Positions 43,801 through 52,190 of a stretch of DNA of 64,000 bases are shown piece after piece (positions within the stretch are counted from its first letter, which is position 1; every line of letters starts with the position of its first letter). The translations under genes and the position numbers were made by a program. This stretch comes from an uncultured virus (IMG/VR IMGVR_UViG_3300022241_000068). Lineage: Duplodnaviria; Heunggongvirae; Uroviricota; Caudoviricetes. Where the stretch lies: the IMG/VR virus record IMGVR_UViG_3300022241_000068, one strand, 5' to 3'. The notes beneath the pieces were generated by a model that did no database searches, was not told where the DNA came from, and saw nothing but the letters and a program-made list of their open reading frames with translations.

Positions 43801-44220
43801 GACTTCTTCTTGAGGAGTTAATTTTATATTGTTTTCAATTTTATAAACTAATCTGTTACATGTATATTCTTCATCACCTTGAAATCCTGAGAAACCTAAA
43901 GCAGTTAACCATCCATAATGTATTAACCAATCTATATCTCTAAGATCAGGGTTAATCATCCTAGTGGTCTTACCCCTTTCATCTTCATCAGCTATTATAC
44001 AATAGTTTATATAAAAATATAAGGAAGGGGGCATATATCGCCACCCTCCCTTATTATCAGCTTTATCTAATCCCCAAAAGCCTTCTAAACATTTTATTTC
44101 TTCTTTTTCCCAATAGTTAGAATAATCAATACTATCTGGATGTAATATTGGATGTTCTCTATTTATAAATGGTTTAATATCATAAATATCTGGGAATAGC
44201 TTTACAGCTTTAAAGCTCAT
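40795..44220 (-). CDS. terL: Terminase large subunit (intein-containing)
   Basis: Walker A 'TSRATGKSY', Walker B 'MVVEECG', G|TGG motif, nuclease 'YDPV', 'LVENN', 'GNYDHVS'. Confidence 0.92.
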   Translation of the reverse strand: MSFKAVKLFPDIYDIKPFINREHPILHPDSIDYSNYWEKEEIKCLEGFWGLDKADNKGGWRYMPPSLYFYINYCIIADEDERGKTTRMINPDLRDIDWLIHYGWLTALGFSGFQGDEEYTCNRLVYKIENNIKLTPQEEVRLKSLEFLKKEDGEYKKYIESKEYLYKTFSNPLGKPIYDNDAKNFFLLTSRATGKSYSVSGILAQTFNFYGKKYYDESYLDNPAAAELLVGSSQTSKSNELIKKFLTIQEHLKTGPGAWGKGDEFIPGYFYNNCTGKTGPNNTDSPYRHEYRAQEGKIWLNKGTGTKLIHVAYADNAEAAVGTRPQIMVVEECGLSSDLLKIHAANETCMIRKNKFGSALYLGCVCKGSKVWTNSGEFKNIEDLKVEDGILSHDSETGLLKQDIEERNGRELTECYKITTNSGRVLNCSYDHPIYTKKRRPNGLLRKDFEFFETQMLFPGDVIGVIDKVDIWSDKRMFDPYLVGMLMSDGTYGNGQMPKIMNSDEEVWNYIHSNHKTKVQEEPKLTKTSKILRKERILEVIPELRNLGIMGQTKLDKRLPENIQSYSKEDVCKLIAGLFDGDGCIYFNEKTKYSTIKYTSISRLLVYDLFYLLNKLGIHSKIRIEEPRKTKIANGKYQTYNLYIKDKLSLIRFYENINLLVKHKQEKLDKIYHNTKDNYRTKQNYDKVKNLRFETIVAVENIGDQEVYNLKAFGNHCYLANGIQTHNTGGNIDKINDSKIIFEDPETYDFVPYPDLWENRSRPIGCFIPAYYSNNVFKDHNGNTNIEAALEQELLERKRKEQASNSMALDGYMMARPLVPSEMFLSSTSNLFPTAKLRQREAEIETKNLFDIYASIGDLEWDDVDKKSVRWKEDLGPRRKSRPIQHMNLDQYKANLNSAIVVYEHPPDNIPNPTYRRSLYKVVYDPVKDDGGGTSLASILVYKGFAEESWNAGMQDTIVAEMLCRYDKVDDIHEVAIKLATYYNSMILVENNLPGFINYCKMNGFVHKLQICPYEAIKKGGINYAHKYEYGVTMTRPLSIHCEQLIRQMLLEPWKKLDDGVLLLGLDKLYSLRIIRELQSYDRDGNYDHVSSLKLLVLWLSQERDVEIKEDDKKEDPYNDLNNFFKTRVRTVHPQKNNWYA
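42040..43131 (-). mobile_element. Intein with LAGLIDADG homing endonuclease in TerL (364 aa)
   Basis: YLG|CVCKGSKV...CSYDHP...LVGMLMSDG...LIAGLFDGDG...VYNL...NGIQTHN|TGG. Confidence 0.92.
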
Positions 44221-44413
44221 ACTTTCTTTCTAAATCTCTCTTTGTTTTTAAAAGTAAACTAATAGATTCCTGAGTTTTTTTAGTAGCACAAGGACATTTG
44301 TTATCTACATTATTTGTACAATGACAAATGCATGAATAAGCAACCTCATATAATTCTTCTAAATCTTTTAAAATCTGAGCTTTAAGATCCGCATCCTTCA
44401 CACTCATAATCAC
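44210..44413 (-). CDS. Small Cys-rich hypothetical protein
   Basis: CICHC...CPC; overlaps the TerL start. Confidence 0.5.
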   Translation of the reverse strand: MIMSVKDADLKAQILKDLEELYEVAYSCICHCTNNVDNKCPCATKKTQESISLLLKTKRDLERKYEL

Positions 44414-44549
44414 TGTCTATTGGTTTTAATAAATTAAGTTGTCTTTTAATATCTAAGATTTCATCTCTGATTTCCAACTTCCTAATAAAATCTGTTTCTT
44501 CTTGTAACTCTTTTTCCAAATCTAACCATTTTTGTTCTAAGGGACTCAT
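44382..44549 (-). CDS. 55-aa coiled-coil protein ending in ECEGCGS
   Basis: Not in the ORF track. Manual translation MSPLEQKW...DSDYECEGCGS*; ATGA-coupled to the upstream gene. Confidence 0.65.
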   Translation of the reverse strand: MSPLEQKWLDLEKELQEETDFIRKLEIRDEILDIKRQLNLLKPIDSDYECEGCGS

Positions 44550-44755
44550 ACTAAAACTTTTGTTTCTGATAATTCTATTTCAGTGCATAAAATACTAGAA
44601 TACTCTAAACCAAAAGATACTTCATATTTCCAAGTATCTATGGAAGAATAATATATACATTCAATGACAATTCCAGGTTCTGAGTTTTCTGGGATATTAT
44701 ACCATACAACATCTCCTATTCCAAATTTTTTACTTTTGATCTTCTGTACTGCCAT
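44546..44755 (-). CDS. Small SH3/KOW-like protein
   Basis: 'KFGIGDVVWY...GIV...YEVSF...EIEL'; resembles 52964-53221. Confidence 0.5.
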   Translation of the reverse strand: MAVQKIKSKKFGIGDVVWYNIPENSEPGIVIECIYYSSIDTWKYEVSFGLEYSSILCTEIELSETKVLV

Positions 44756-44969
44756 AAAATTTCATATGTAAAAATAAATCAATTGATACAAAGAACAATC
44801 CAATACTCAAAGTAAAGCATTCCCCTATAACTTGTTCAGAAGCCCCCTCTAAAGGTTCAAAAGTAAATTCATCTACTGCTACTCCACTTACAGCAACTTT
44901 ACCTCCACTAATTCCTAAAAAGAAAGCACCGTCAGTAAGAAATGGTAAAAATTCTAATTGTAGTTTCAT
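44730..44969 (-). CDS. Hypothetical protein
   Basis: 79-aa coupled ORF. Confidence 0.5.
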   Translation of the reverse strand: MKLQLEFLPFLTDGAFFLGISGGKVAVSGVAVDEFTFEPLEGASEQVIGECFTLSIGLFFVSIDLFLHMKFYGSTEDQK

Positions 44970-45478
44970 CGTTTGCGCTTTTCTCTGGCAGATTCCTTAG
45001 CTCCAGCCCTAATTATAGTTTTCTCTTGAGATTCTAACATTCTTTTTTTAGCCTTCTCAATATTCTCCCACATTTTACCTAACTTACTGTTTATATCTAA
45101 TATCTTCTTAAGATCAGAATCATCTTCTACTTCTAACTCTTTTAGATATGCAGTCACTTCTTCTAACTTGTCTATCTGGATTTTAAATAAAGATTCTTCC
45201 TTAGATAAGTTATACCTAGTATATAAAGCAATATGTTCTTTGAATACTTTAGTATCAAATTCTGGATAATAAGAAGATTTGATTTCTCTTAATCTATCTT
45301 CTTTTGGAATCCTATATAACTTAGAATTAGGATCTTCCATCAGATATATACTCCACATAATTTTAGATGCTTCAGATTTAGAATAATCTTTTAGCAAATT
45401 ACTAAATGTTGAAATAGTTTTTAATTCAACATTTTGTTCAAAAAAATCATGTTCTGGATTACCTGTTACAAAACTCAT
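44966..45478 (-). CDS. Conserved protein upstream of TerL (terminase small subunit candidate)
   Basis: 'FFEQN', 'SKIMWSI'; helical C-terminus; position. Confidence 0.45.
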   Translation of the reverse strand: MSFVTGNPEHDFFEQNVELKTISTFSNLLKDYSKSEASKIMWSIYLMEDPNSKLYRIPKEDRLREIKSSYYPEFDTKVFKEHIALYTRYNLSKEESLFKIQIDKLEEVTAYLKELEVEDDSDLKKILDINSKLGKMWENIEKAKKRMLESQEKTIIRAGAKESAREKRKR

Positions 45479-45759
45479 TAAATACTTGTATCAAACTTAT
45501 TTAATAAACTTCTTCTATCTAACCCTGGATTAACTATTTGTTGGATTAAATTATCAACTCTAGCTTTACTTTTCATAGTAAACCAAAGTCTTTTACCATC
45601 TTTAAAACATATTGAAAATATATAAAAAGTAAATTTTTTAAAATATAAATTTATTTTAATAGTTCTTACTGTATAAAATTTCACATCTGTGGCTATAATT
45701 CCAAGTATCATTTTAGTTATTTTTGGCAATAAAGTATAAAATAATAGAGGCTGCTGCAC
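45478..45759 (-). CDS. Hypothetical protein
   Basis: Fills the operon gap; start codon uncertain. Confidence 0.35.
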   Translation of the reverse strand: MQQPLLFYTLLPKITKMILGIIATDVKFYTVRTIKINLYFKKFTFYIFSICFKDGKRLWFTMKSKARVDNLIQQIVNPGLDRRSLLNKFDTSI

Positions 45760-46222
45760 CTCCTCCTATTATCCATTTTTCTCTTTTAGCCCTTTTATAA
45801 GATTGTTCAAGTAATAAAGAATAACTTTCTTGAGAATTTAAATTTGAAGAGCATTCTTTAAGTTTACTTTCTAGAGACTGTATATAAAAGGTTTGAGAAT
45901 TAAATTTAGTCTGTATATTATCTTTTTCTTTTTGTAATGTTAATATATTTAAGTCTGATTGTATTTTAGCTTCTGATATCTGCTGATTTAATTTCCATGC
46001 TTCTAGTAATGCATCTTCTTGAGCTTGAAATAATTTAAACTTTTTATTTAGGTTATTTACTCTTCTCTGATGAAAATCATACCATAAACCATCTGTTTTA
46101 GAAGTTACTACAATTGGAGGAAGATCATCTTTCTTCTGTAAACTCTGACAGGTTCCTGAGTAACTCAGAAGTGTCATGAATGATAGGAACAGGAGTATTC
46201 TTAATTTGTAAATAACTTGCAT
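45713..46222 (-). CDS. Spanin-like membrane protein (signal, coiled coil, C-terminal TM)
   Basis: Overlaps 46125-46442 in another frame, an Rz/Rz1-like arrangement. Confidence 0.45.
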   Translation of the reverse strand: MQVIYKLRILLFLSFMTLLSYSGTCQSLQKKDDLPPIVVTSKTDGLWYDFHQRRVNNLNKKFKLFQAQEDALLEAWKLNQQISEAKIQSDLNILTLQKEKDNIQTKFNSQTFYIQSLESKLKECSSNLNSQESYSLLLEQSYKRAKREKWIIGGGAAASIILYFIAKNN

Positions 46223-46442
46223 ATTTGTTTTTGAAAGTTTCTGATTGGTTTACTAAATTAGTTATCCTAGTATTATCTGCTGATAATAAAGAATCTAAAT
46301 AATCTAGTTTTGTCATTATCAATTCATATTTAGGAAGTATTGCCTCTGGTTTAGGTTTAGTTATCTCCTTATATAGGAAGTATCCCATTCCAAGACATAC
46401 TATAAATAAAAATATACTAATCCCTATTATTAACTTGTTCAT
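46125..46442 (-). CDS. Spanin-like membrane protein (N-terminal TM plus coiled coil)
   Basis: Single N-terminal TM; 'PIIHDT' near the C-terminus. Confidence 0.45.
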   Translation of the reverse strand: MNKLIIGISIFLFIVCLGMGYFLYKEITKPKPEAILPKYELIMTKLDYLDSLLSADNTRITNLVNQSETFKNKYASYLQIKNTPVPIIHDTSELLRNLSEFTEER

Positions 46443-46641
46443 CTATTTTTTTCTTAATTAATACACATCCTTCATACCATTCTGCTTCAGTAAAAACTTT
46501 TAACATATTATTTAACCCATTTAGATCACTATGTATATTCAAAAAAGCTTGTACATTATCCAAATTATCTGAGAATAATAATCTAGGATTATTTAAAATT
46601 TCATTTATTAATCTCTCAGTATCTTCATTCGGAAATCTCAT
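46417..46641 (-). CDS. Small hypothetical protein
   Basis: C-terminal 'E.YE.C..IKK' (UVR-like hairpin). Confidence 0.5.
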   Translation of the reverse strand: MRFPNEDTERLINEILNNPRLLFSDNLDNVQAFLNIHSDLNGLNNMLKVFTEAEWYEGCVLIKKKIDEQVNNRD

Positions 46642-46858
46642 CTATGTAGTATTTTGAAGCTCTTGAATAATGACAGTTACCATTTATCTTTATAATGATG
46701 TCTGTATAGTACCCTATGTTATCAGCTTTCCAAAACCAGATTCTGGAATTTAAGGATGGTTTTTTATCCATTTTAAAAAAATATTCCTGATCTGGAACAA
46801 GGTTATCACATTCATTGCAATTCTTGTCCTTATTTTTTTTGATCACTTTTACATTCAT
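46625..46858 (-). CDS. Hypothetical protein (CxxC)
   Basis: Coupled ORF with CNEC. Confidence 0.45.
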   Translation of the reverse strand: MNVKVIKKNKDKNCNECDNLVPDQEYFFKMDKKPSLNSRIWFWKADNIGYYTDIIIKINGNCHYSRASKYYIDEISE

Positions 46859-47099
46859 ATTGAATTACTTCTAATCCTTTTTTTAAATCATTCTTTTTAA
46901 GAACCTTGGAATAGTCATCATTTACAGATAATAATTTGAAAGTTTTATTACCTATATACATGAGATCATACTTAAAGTTGCCAGTTTCTATTTTACAACA
47001 TACATTAGGTTCTTCTGGATATTCATCCATTTCTAGAACTATGTCTGAAAAATTAACACCAATATCTCCTTCAGAGATGTATTTTTTTATAAGTTTCAT
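46830..47099 (-). CDS. Hypothetical protein
   Basis: 89-aa coupled ORF. Confidence 0.5.
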   Translation of the reverse strand: MKLIKKYISEGDIGVNFSDIVLEMDEYPEEPNVCCKIETGNFKYDLMYIGNKTFKLLSVNDDYSKVLKKNDLKKGLEVIQYECKSDQKK

Positions 47100-47126
47100 A
47101 ATTATAAAATTAAAGGGGAACGAGAC

Positions 47127-47507
47127 TTATTCCCCTTTATATTTAACTTTAGCCATAAAGGTGAGAGTCTCTCTTTTTTTCTCTGGATTGAAAACTAAAC
47201 CATTTTCATTAGTAATTTTCAGATCCTTTCCATCGTTATAATACACTGTGAGGGTTTTGTGTATTGGCCAAAGTCCTGAAGGAAATTTTGTTTCTAAATC
47301 TTTTACGTTTTTTCTGACATTATCATCAGACTCTGTAAATTCTGCTTCAATATAACCATCTTTAATTTTACAATTAGCGGTACATCCACAAGAAGGGATA
47401 ACATCTACTAACATTTCTTTATCTCCCTCAAATGGAAATACCACTACTGTTTTACTATTTGGTAATATTGTTCCTAAGTCAACTGTTTGCTGAATAAAGT
47501 TTACCAT
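47127..47507 (-). CDS. DUF1573-like Ig-fold protein
   Basis: 'DLGTI', 'V.PSCGCT', 'K.LTVY', 'LTF.AKV'. Confidence 0.65.
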   Translation of the reverse strand: MVNFIQQTVDLGTILPNSKTVVVFPFEGDKEMLVDVIPSCGCTANCKIKDGYIEAEFTESDDNVRKNVKDLETKFPSGLWPIHKTLTVYYNDGKDLKITNENGLVFNPEKKRETLTFMAKVKYKGE

Positions 47508-47850
47508 TAATTTCTACTTTAAATTCTATATTAAATTGTTTTTTAAAACTTTCCCAAGCATCTTTGTCCATAAATTCTCCCCATTTACCTAATGAACAAC
47601 TATCATGCCTTACCCACATTTTTGCTGGTAATTCACATTGACAGTGTTTACATTTTCCTGCTAAAAGACAATCTTGACATTTCATAAATCTGAACATATA
47701 CTGTTCTATGATATGAACTTCTTCATATACTAGAGCATTTTCACCTTCTAATTTTGTTAAACTCTTTCTTAGAAGATATGTAGAAAATGATTTCCATCTA
47801 GCTGGTGAAAATATATCTTTAATCCTCATCGTCTTCCTCCTCTTCTTCAC
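47479..47850 (-). CDS. Zn-finger-like protein
   Basis: CQDC...GKCKHCQC...SCSLGKW. Confidence 0.6.
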   Translation of the reverse strand: MKKRRKTMRIKDIFSPARWKSFSTYLLRKSLTKLEGENALVYEEVHIIEQYMFRFMKCQDCLLAGKCKHCQCELPAKMWVRHDSCSLGKWGEFMDKDAWESFKKQFNIEFKVEINGKLYSANS

Positions 47851-48073
47851 CCTCTTCTTCCATATCTGTAACTTCTACTTCAGGAATAAGAGCTGCTAAT
47901 TGCAATTCATCATCTTGATAAACAAGAATACCTCCATGATTTTCAGGAAAAGACATTCCTTCATCTAGATCAAAAGTATCTAGCATTTTCTTATAGTCCA
48001 TGACTAGTACTTCACTATCATCTCTGTACTCCTTGAGAGTTTCTATTAAAGATTTAACATTTTCTATTTTCAT
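47819..48073 (-). CDS. Acidic hypothetical protein
   Basis: 84 aa, E/D-rich tail. Confidence 0.5.
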   Translation of the reverse strand: MKIENVKSLIETLKEYRDDSEVLVMDYKKMLDTFDLDEGMSFPENHGGILVYQDDELQLAALIPEVEVTDMEEEGEEEEEDDED

Positions 48074-48639
48074 TATAGATACTTTACGTAAAATTCAGTT
48101 TCTTGTCTAATAAATGTATAATTATCGTCTTCAGTAGGATTAAGCTTATTAACACAAAATCTGGAAGTTTTTCTCCATTCTAATAAAAGACCTGTAATTT
48201 TCTCAGGTTCTGGCAATCCTTCTGGAATTGGTCTTTCATCTTTCATGATCTTACTCCACTGTAACCATGTAGGATTAGTAGAAATAGAAGTTAAAAGATC
48301 TGGACCATAAATAATATCTCCAGCTTTTAAATGTGGTCCTAATGTTCCATTATCTTCATTATAAGATTTAATAACTCTTAAATAAGGTAAGATTTTTACC
48401 ATCTTAAGAGGTTCACCATCTATGTTTAGAATAGAGGTATTAATTTCCTCATAACGATATAACCTTAGAAGTACTGCACCAGGTTTAATCAGATTTACCT
48501 TAGAGTAGTTCTTGAAATAAGATTTATCCTTTACCCAATCTAAAAATGAATTTTCTAATTGTTCAGGAGAAGGATTAGCTTCTAGATTAATATAATCTAG
48601 CTTATCTTCTTTTTTTGGACTGTTTGCGCCTATTATCAT
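48073..48639 (-). CDS. Hypothetical protein (possibly GroES-like fold)
   Basis: 'PGAVLLR...VIK...LKAGDIIY' is only loosely co-chaperonin-like. Confidence 0.4.
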   Translation of the reverse strand: MIIGANSPKKEDKLDYINLEANPSPEQLENSFLDWVKDKSYFKNYSKVNLIKPGAVLLRLYRYEEINTSILNIDGEPLKMVKILPYLRVIKSYNEDNGTLGPHLKAGDIIYGPDLLTSISTNPTWLQWSKIMKDERPIPEGLPEPEKITGLLLEWRKTSRFCVNKLNPTEDDNYTFIRQETEFYVKYL

Positions 48640-48952
48640 TTCTTGTATGTTTATTTTTAGTTACTTTTTCTCTAATTTTTTCAAGATACTCTCTTCTCTC
48701 TAGTAAGTTGGGATCACCAGGATTTTCTAACAAAGCAGCTTCTGTATTATATATAGCCCTATTTACATTCCTAGAATCTAACTCAAAAGTTCCAAAATTA
48801 TGTATCATAACATCAACTTTGTCATTAGAGCTCATTTTAACATATATATCTTTATATAGTTGTTCAAGAGCATTTACTAGATCCTTGGGTTTCACAAGGT
48901 TCTTATTAGATACTTTATTTACAATAGCCTCTAGTTCCTTATCTAAGTTCAA
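48602..48952 (-). CDS. IHF/HU-like DNA-binding protein
   Basis: Helix-helix followed by 'VMIHNFGTFEL'. Confidence 0.65.
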   Translation of the reverse strand: MNLDKELEAIVNKVSNKNLVKPKDLVNALEQLYKDIYVKMSSNDKVDVMIHNFGTFELDSRNVNRAIYNTEAALLENPGDPNLLERREYLEKIREKVTKNKHTRNDNRRKQSKKRR

Positions 48953-49169
48953 AATCTTTAAATCCTGGTTTAGTTGTTACTGCTATTGTGATAAAATTAT
49001 ATTCAAATATGTCATTTAACAAAGCATCATCTTCCTTCATCCCTGAATTAATACCTTCTTCATATGCCAATTCTCCATAAGTACCTGGGTTAAGTACTAT
49101 AAACTTAGGTTCTTCACCATTTTCTTTCAGGAAGAGATCAATTTCTCTGTTAAGCCTTGCTGCTAGCAT
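48939..49169 (-). CDS. Hypothetical protein
   Basis: 'G.EPKFIVLNP..Y.EL'. Confidence 0.5.
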   Translation of the reverse strand: MLAARLNREIDLFLKENGEEPKFIVLNPGTYGELAYEEGINSGMKEDDALLNDIFEYNFITIAVTTKPGFKDFELR

Positions 49170-49528
49170 GATATTCTAAATTTAAATAACATATTTTGTG
49201 GAATTTCCCCTTTAAAATCAAAAGCTGGCAATATTTGAATACCGTCTTTGGTTTGAATTATCCATCCCTTATTCTTTAATAATAACCTATATTGTCTAGA
49301 AATAAACCCCAATTCATCTTCTAACTTCCTCTTTACCTCCTTACCAAGGAGGTTCTTACCTTCACTATTTAACTTCACACATTCTATGAAGTAATCCTTC
49401 TCTCTATCCCTTAACCAGGATTCTTCTGGTATATATAAGAGAGAGAATAGATCTATGTACCTAGATAGGTATTCCTCTAATGAACTAAACTTAAAATCCT
49501 TTATAGGCTTTTCTCTATTAGATTTCAT
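49163..49528 (-). CDS. Winged-helix DNA-binding-like protein; first gene of the late operon
   Basis: 'L.DRE', 'YR..LKNKGWII'; ATG 4 nt after the -7 element. Confidence 0.55.
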   Translation of the reverse strand: MKSNREKPIKDFKFSSLEEYLSRYIDLFSLLYIPEESWLRDREKDYFIECVKLNSEGKNLLGKEVKRKLEDELGFISRQYRLLLKNKGWIIQTKDGIQILPAFDFKGEIPQNMLFKFRISC

Positions 49529-49532
49529 GGTG

Positions 49533-49606
49533 TAAAGATATTATGTTATTTTTTTTAAAACAATTAATTAATTAATTGTATATTAAAAATATACGTAGTA
49601 TCTTTA
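49533..49606. promoter_or_regulatory. Divergent pair of Bacteroidota-type promoters sharing a palindrome
   Basis: TTG-N20-TATCTTTA on both strands; the two TTG elements are the ends of the palindrome CAATTAATTAATTAATTG (49561-49578). Confidence 0.7.
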
Positions 49607-49637
49607 TGGTTTATTATTAAACCATAAAAGAATAAAC

Positions 49638-50198
49638 ATGACTAATCTTAACCAACAAAGACAGGCCATTATAAAGGCTAAATGCGGCTCATCTTCTAAT
49701 TGTCCTTCAGGAACTGGTTGTACAAATGGAACTTGCTTTCCTTCTAATAGTACAGTATCACAGATTTGGAATTCTGCTTGGACTCCTACTGGACCTAAAT
49801 GGGTTCCTGGGATTACTGGAAGTACTGGTAGTTTTAATATGTATAGTGACCAAGCACAGAATAATTATGAAGTACATAGATCATATAATCTTCTGTATAA
49901 TTACCTATTTCAAGAAAAGAATTCTATAGATATATGCTTGTCTATATCCAATTTTATAGATAAATCACTCTCTCCAAAGTTTTTAGAAAAATATACTATT
50001 TTAGATGCTCATATTCACAGTTTTGAGACATTCTTATTAAAACTTACTCTAAATGGTAAACTACCTGAAACTGATGCATTTCATTTACATGAAATATTGC
50101 ACTCTTCAGACCAAGATGCTGTTGCTTTGGGTAAACAAATTCTACTATCTTATAATGTAGAAAATTTACTAGATATATTACATAACTCTAAAAAGTAA
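49638..50198 (+). CDS. Hypothetical protein with N-terminal Cys knot and C-terminal HEAT-like hairpin
   Basis: CGSSSNCPSGTGCTNGTC; LHEILHSSDQDAVALGKQIL. Confidence 0.6.
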   Translation: MTNLNQQRQAIIKAKCGSSSNCPSGTGCTNGTCFPSNSTVSQIWNSAWTPTGPKWVPGITGSTGSFNMYSDQAQNNYEVHRSYNLLYNYLFQEKNSIDICLSISNFIDKSLSPKFLEKYTILDAHIHSFETFLLKLTLNGKLPETDAFHLHEILHSSDQDAVALGKQILLSYNVENLLDILHNSKK

Positions 50199-50201
50199 GT
50201 T

Positions 50202-51974
50202 ATGAATATACTATTTAGTAAAAAAGACCATAAATATTCCCAAGGGGATATAATATACACATCTGTTAGTAAAAAGATTACTAACTATAAGAATGAGTTC
50301 AATAAGGAACATTGGAGTACTTACAAGGCATTAGAAGCATTAATACCTAATTTTAAAGATGTCAAAAAGGGTTGGGATGTTAGTAAACAAGATTTTATAT
50401 TGTATGCTAGTACTTTAGTAGATGAGAAAGAATTAGCCTTAAAAGTACTTGAAATTTTAGATAACTGGGATAATGAGACTAATAAAAGTATAAATAAGGG
50501 GAATTTCTATCACGAAATAAAAGAGAATGATAGTTATAAGAGAGGTTATGAAATAAATCCTTTTACAAAGGAAAAATTTAAAGTAAATACGACAAAGCAT
50601 TCTGGAGAAGATAAAGGTTCTTTGATAACTAACTTATATGAATTAGAAGATGGTTATTATCCAGAACTAATACTTTGGAATGATAAAGTTAGAGTAGCTG
50701 GACAAGCAGATAAGGTATTTATTGAAACTATTAATGATATTAGATATGTAGATGTCGATGATTGGAAAGGTTTAGCATTGAATACTCCTATAGCTACTAT
50801 ATTTGGTTGGAAAAATATGGAGGACATAATTGTGGGAGATATTATATTTGATGGAAATGGAGTAGCAACTAGAGTACAACATGTATCAGAAATACATTAT
50901 AATCCTTGTTACAAGATATTATTTGATACAAATGATGAACTTATTGCAGATCATGAACATAGATGGGTAGTAACAAAAAGGAATAACAAAGGTGATTATA
51001 CTAATGACGAAATTACCACCGATGAAATGTTTAATAGATTTCAGAATGGAGAAGTTATAAGAATAAAATGTGAAAGTTTAAAAACAGAGGACATAGATCT
51101 TCCAATTGATCCATATGTATTAGGATTATGGTTAGCAGATGGTAATCGTTCATGTGGAACTATAACTTGTGTAAATAATGATATTTGGGATGAAATTGAA
51201 AGACGAGGTTATAAAACTAGTAGTAATCATAATATCAAATTTGGAAAAGCAGAATCTAGGACTATATTTGGAATAAGAGGAAAACTTTCTGAATTAGGTA
51301 TTCTTGGAAATAAACATATTCCTGAAATATATCTAAGATCTTCCCATACACAAAGATTAGATTTACTAAGAGGGCTTATGGACGGAGATGGTTTTTATCA
51401 TAGAACTAGAAAGAGATGTATTATGAGTACTACTAAAGAATGGCAAGCTAATGCAGCAATGATGCTGATTTCTTCATTAGGATTTAAACCAACATTGATA
51501 AATAGTAAAACTTCAGGATTTGGTAAGAAAAATATTCCAACATATGATGTATGTTTTTCAAGTATTGAAAATCCTTTTTTAGTCAGAAATAAAGATTATA
51601 ATATTAAAGATGATAAGTATTCTAAATATAGATATGTAAAAAACATATCTAAAATAGATACTGTACCAACAAAATGTTTAGCCGTAGAATCTGAAGATCA
51701 TACTTATTTAGCAGGACACAGTCTTATTAAGACCCATAATACTAATAAGCAGATAAAAACTAAGGGGTTTAAAGGTCAAAGAATGAAGTCACCTTTAAGT
51801 CATTTACAAGATTGTAACTATGTACATTATAATCTGCAGATTAGTTATTATGCTTGGATGATGGAACAGTTTGGATACACTGTCAGGAATCTAAGTTTTC
51901 ACCATTATAATCAAATGTATAAATTAAACTATTTAAAAGATGAGATTGAAAAAATTTCAATAGTAACTAGATAA
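50202..51974 (+). CDS. PD-(D/E)xK (Cas4/RecB-like) nuclease, intein-containing
   Basis: 'YTSVS', 'GN..H', 'PE', 'VAGQAD', 'DDWK|TNK', 'YNLQISYYA'. Confidence 0.85.
   Translation: MNILFSKKDHKYSQGDIIYTSVSKKITNYKNEFNKEHWSTYKALEALIPNFKDVKKGWDVSKQDFILYASTLVDEKELALKVLEILDNWDNETNKSINKGNFYHEIKENDSYKRGYEINPFTKEKFKVNTTKHSGEDKGSLITNLYELEDGYYPELILWNDKVRVAGQADKVFIETINDIRYVDVDDWKGLALNTPIATIFGWKNMEDIIVGDIIFDGNGVATRVQHVSEIHYNPCYKILFDTNDELIADHEHRWVVTKRNNKGDYTNDEITTDEMFNRFQNGEVIRIKCESLKTEDIDLPIDPYVLGLWLADGNRSCGTITCVNNDIWDEIERRGYKTSSNHNIKFGKAESRTIFGIRGKLSELGILGNKHIPEIYLRSSHTQRLDLLRGLMDGDGFYHRTRKRCIMSTTKEWQANAAMMLISSLGFKPTLINSKTSGFGKKNIPTYDVCFSSIENPFLVRNKDYNIKDDKYSKYRYVKNISKIDTVPTKCLAVESEDHTYLAGHSLIKTHNTNKQIKTKGFKGQRMKSPLSHLQDCNYVHYNLQISYYAWMMEQFGYTVRNLSFHHYNQMYKLNYLKDEIEKISIVTR
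50769..51740 (+). mobile_element. Class-3 intein with LAGLIDADG endonuclease (324 aa)
   Basis: DWK|GLALNTPI...ADHEHRW...LGLWLADG...LRGLMDGDG...PTKCLAV...IKTHN|T; W-C-T triad present. Confidence 0.88.
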
Positions 51975-51976
51975 TT

Positions 51977-52189
51977 ATGAAGAAGTATCATAAATATAAC
52001 ATAATGTTTTGTAATCAAGATCTTTTATATGCACTTGAAACAAGCAAAGCTGTACCAGTATTAGAAGAAGAATATGTATATTTAACAGATGAAGAATTTG
52101 AAAGATTATGTGTAATGATGAATTCAGAAGATATAGACACTAGACACTTAGCTTTCGAAATCTTTAAACAAAAGGTCAAAGAGGGATAA
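51977..52189 (+). CDS. Small protein with HEAT-like hairpin
   Basis: RLCVMMNSEDIDTRHLAFEIFKQ. Confidence 0.6.
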   Translation: MKKYHKYNIMFCNQDLLYALETSKAVPVLEEEYVYLTDEEFERLCVMMNSEDIDTRHLAFEIFKQKVKEG

Positions 52190-52190
52190 G

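Noticed and set aside
423..49019. Plus-strand and alternate-frame ORFs overlapping the late operon (e.g. 1441-1797, 12247-12756, 26506-26760, 28999-29253)
   Set aside because: Antisense or shifted-frame shadows of long genes and collagen repeats
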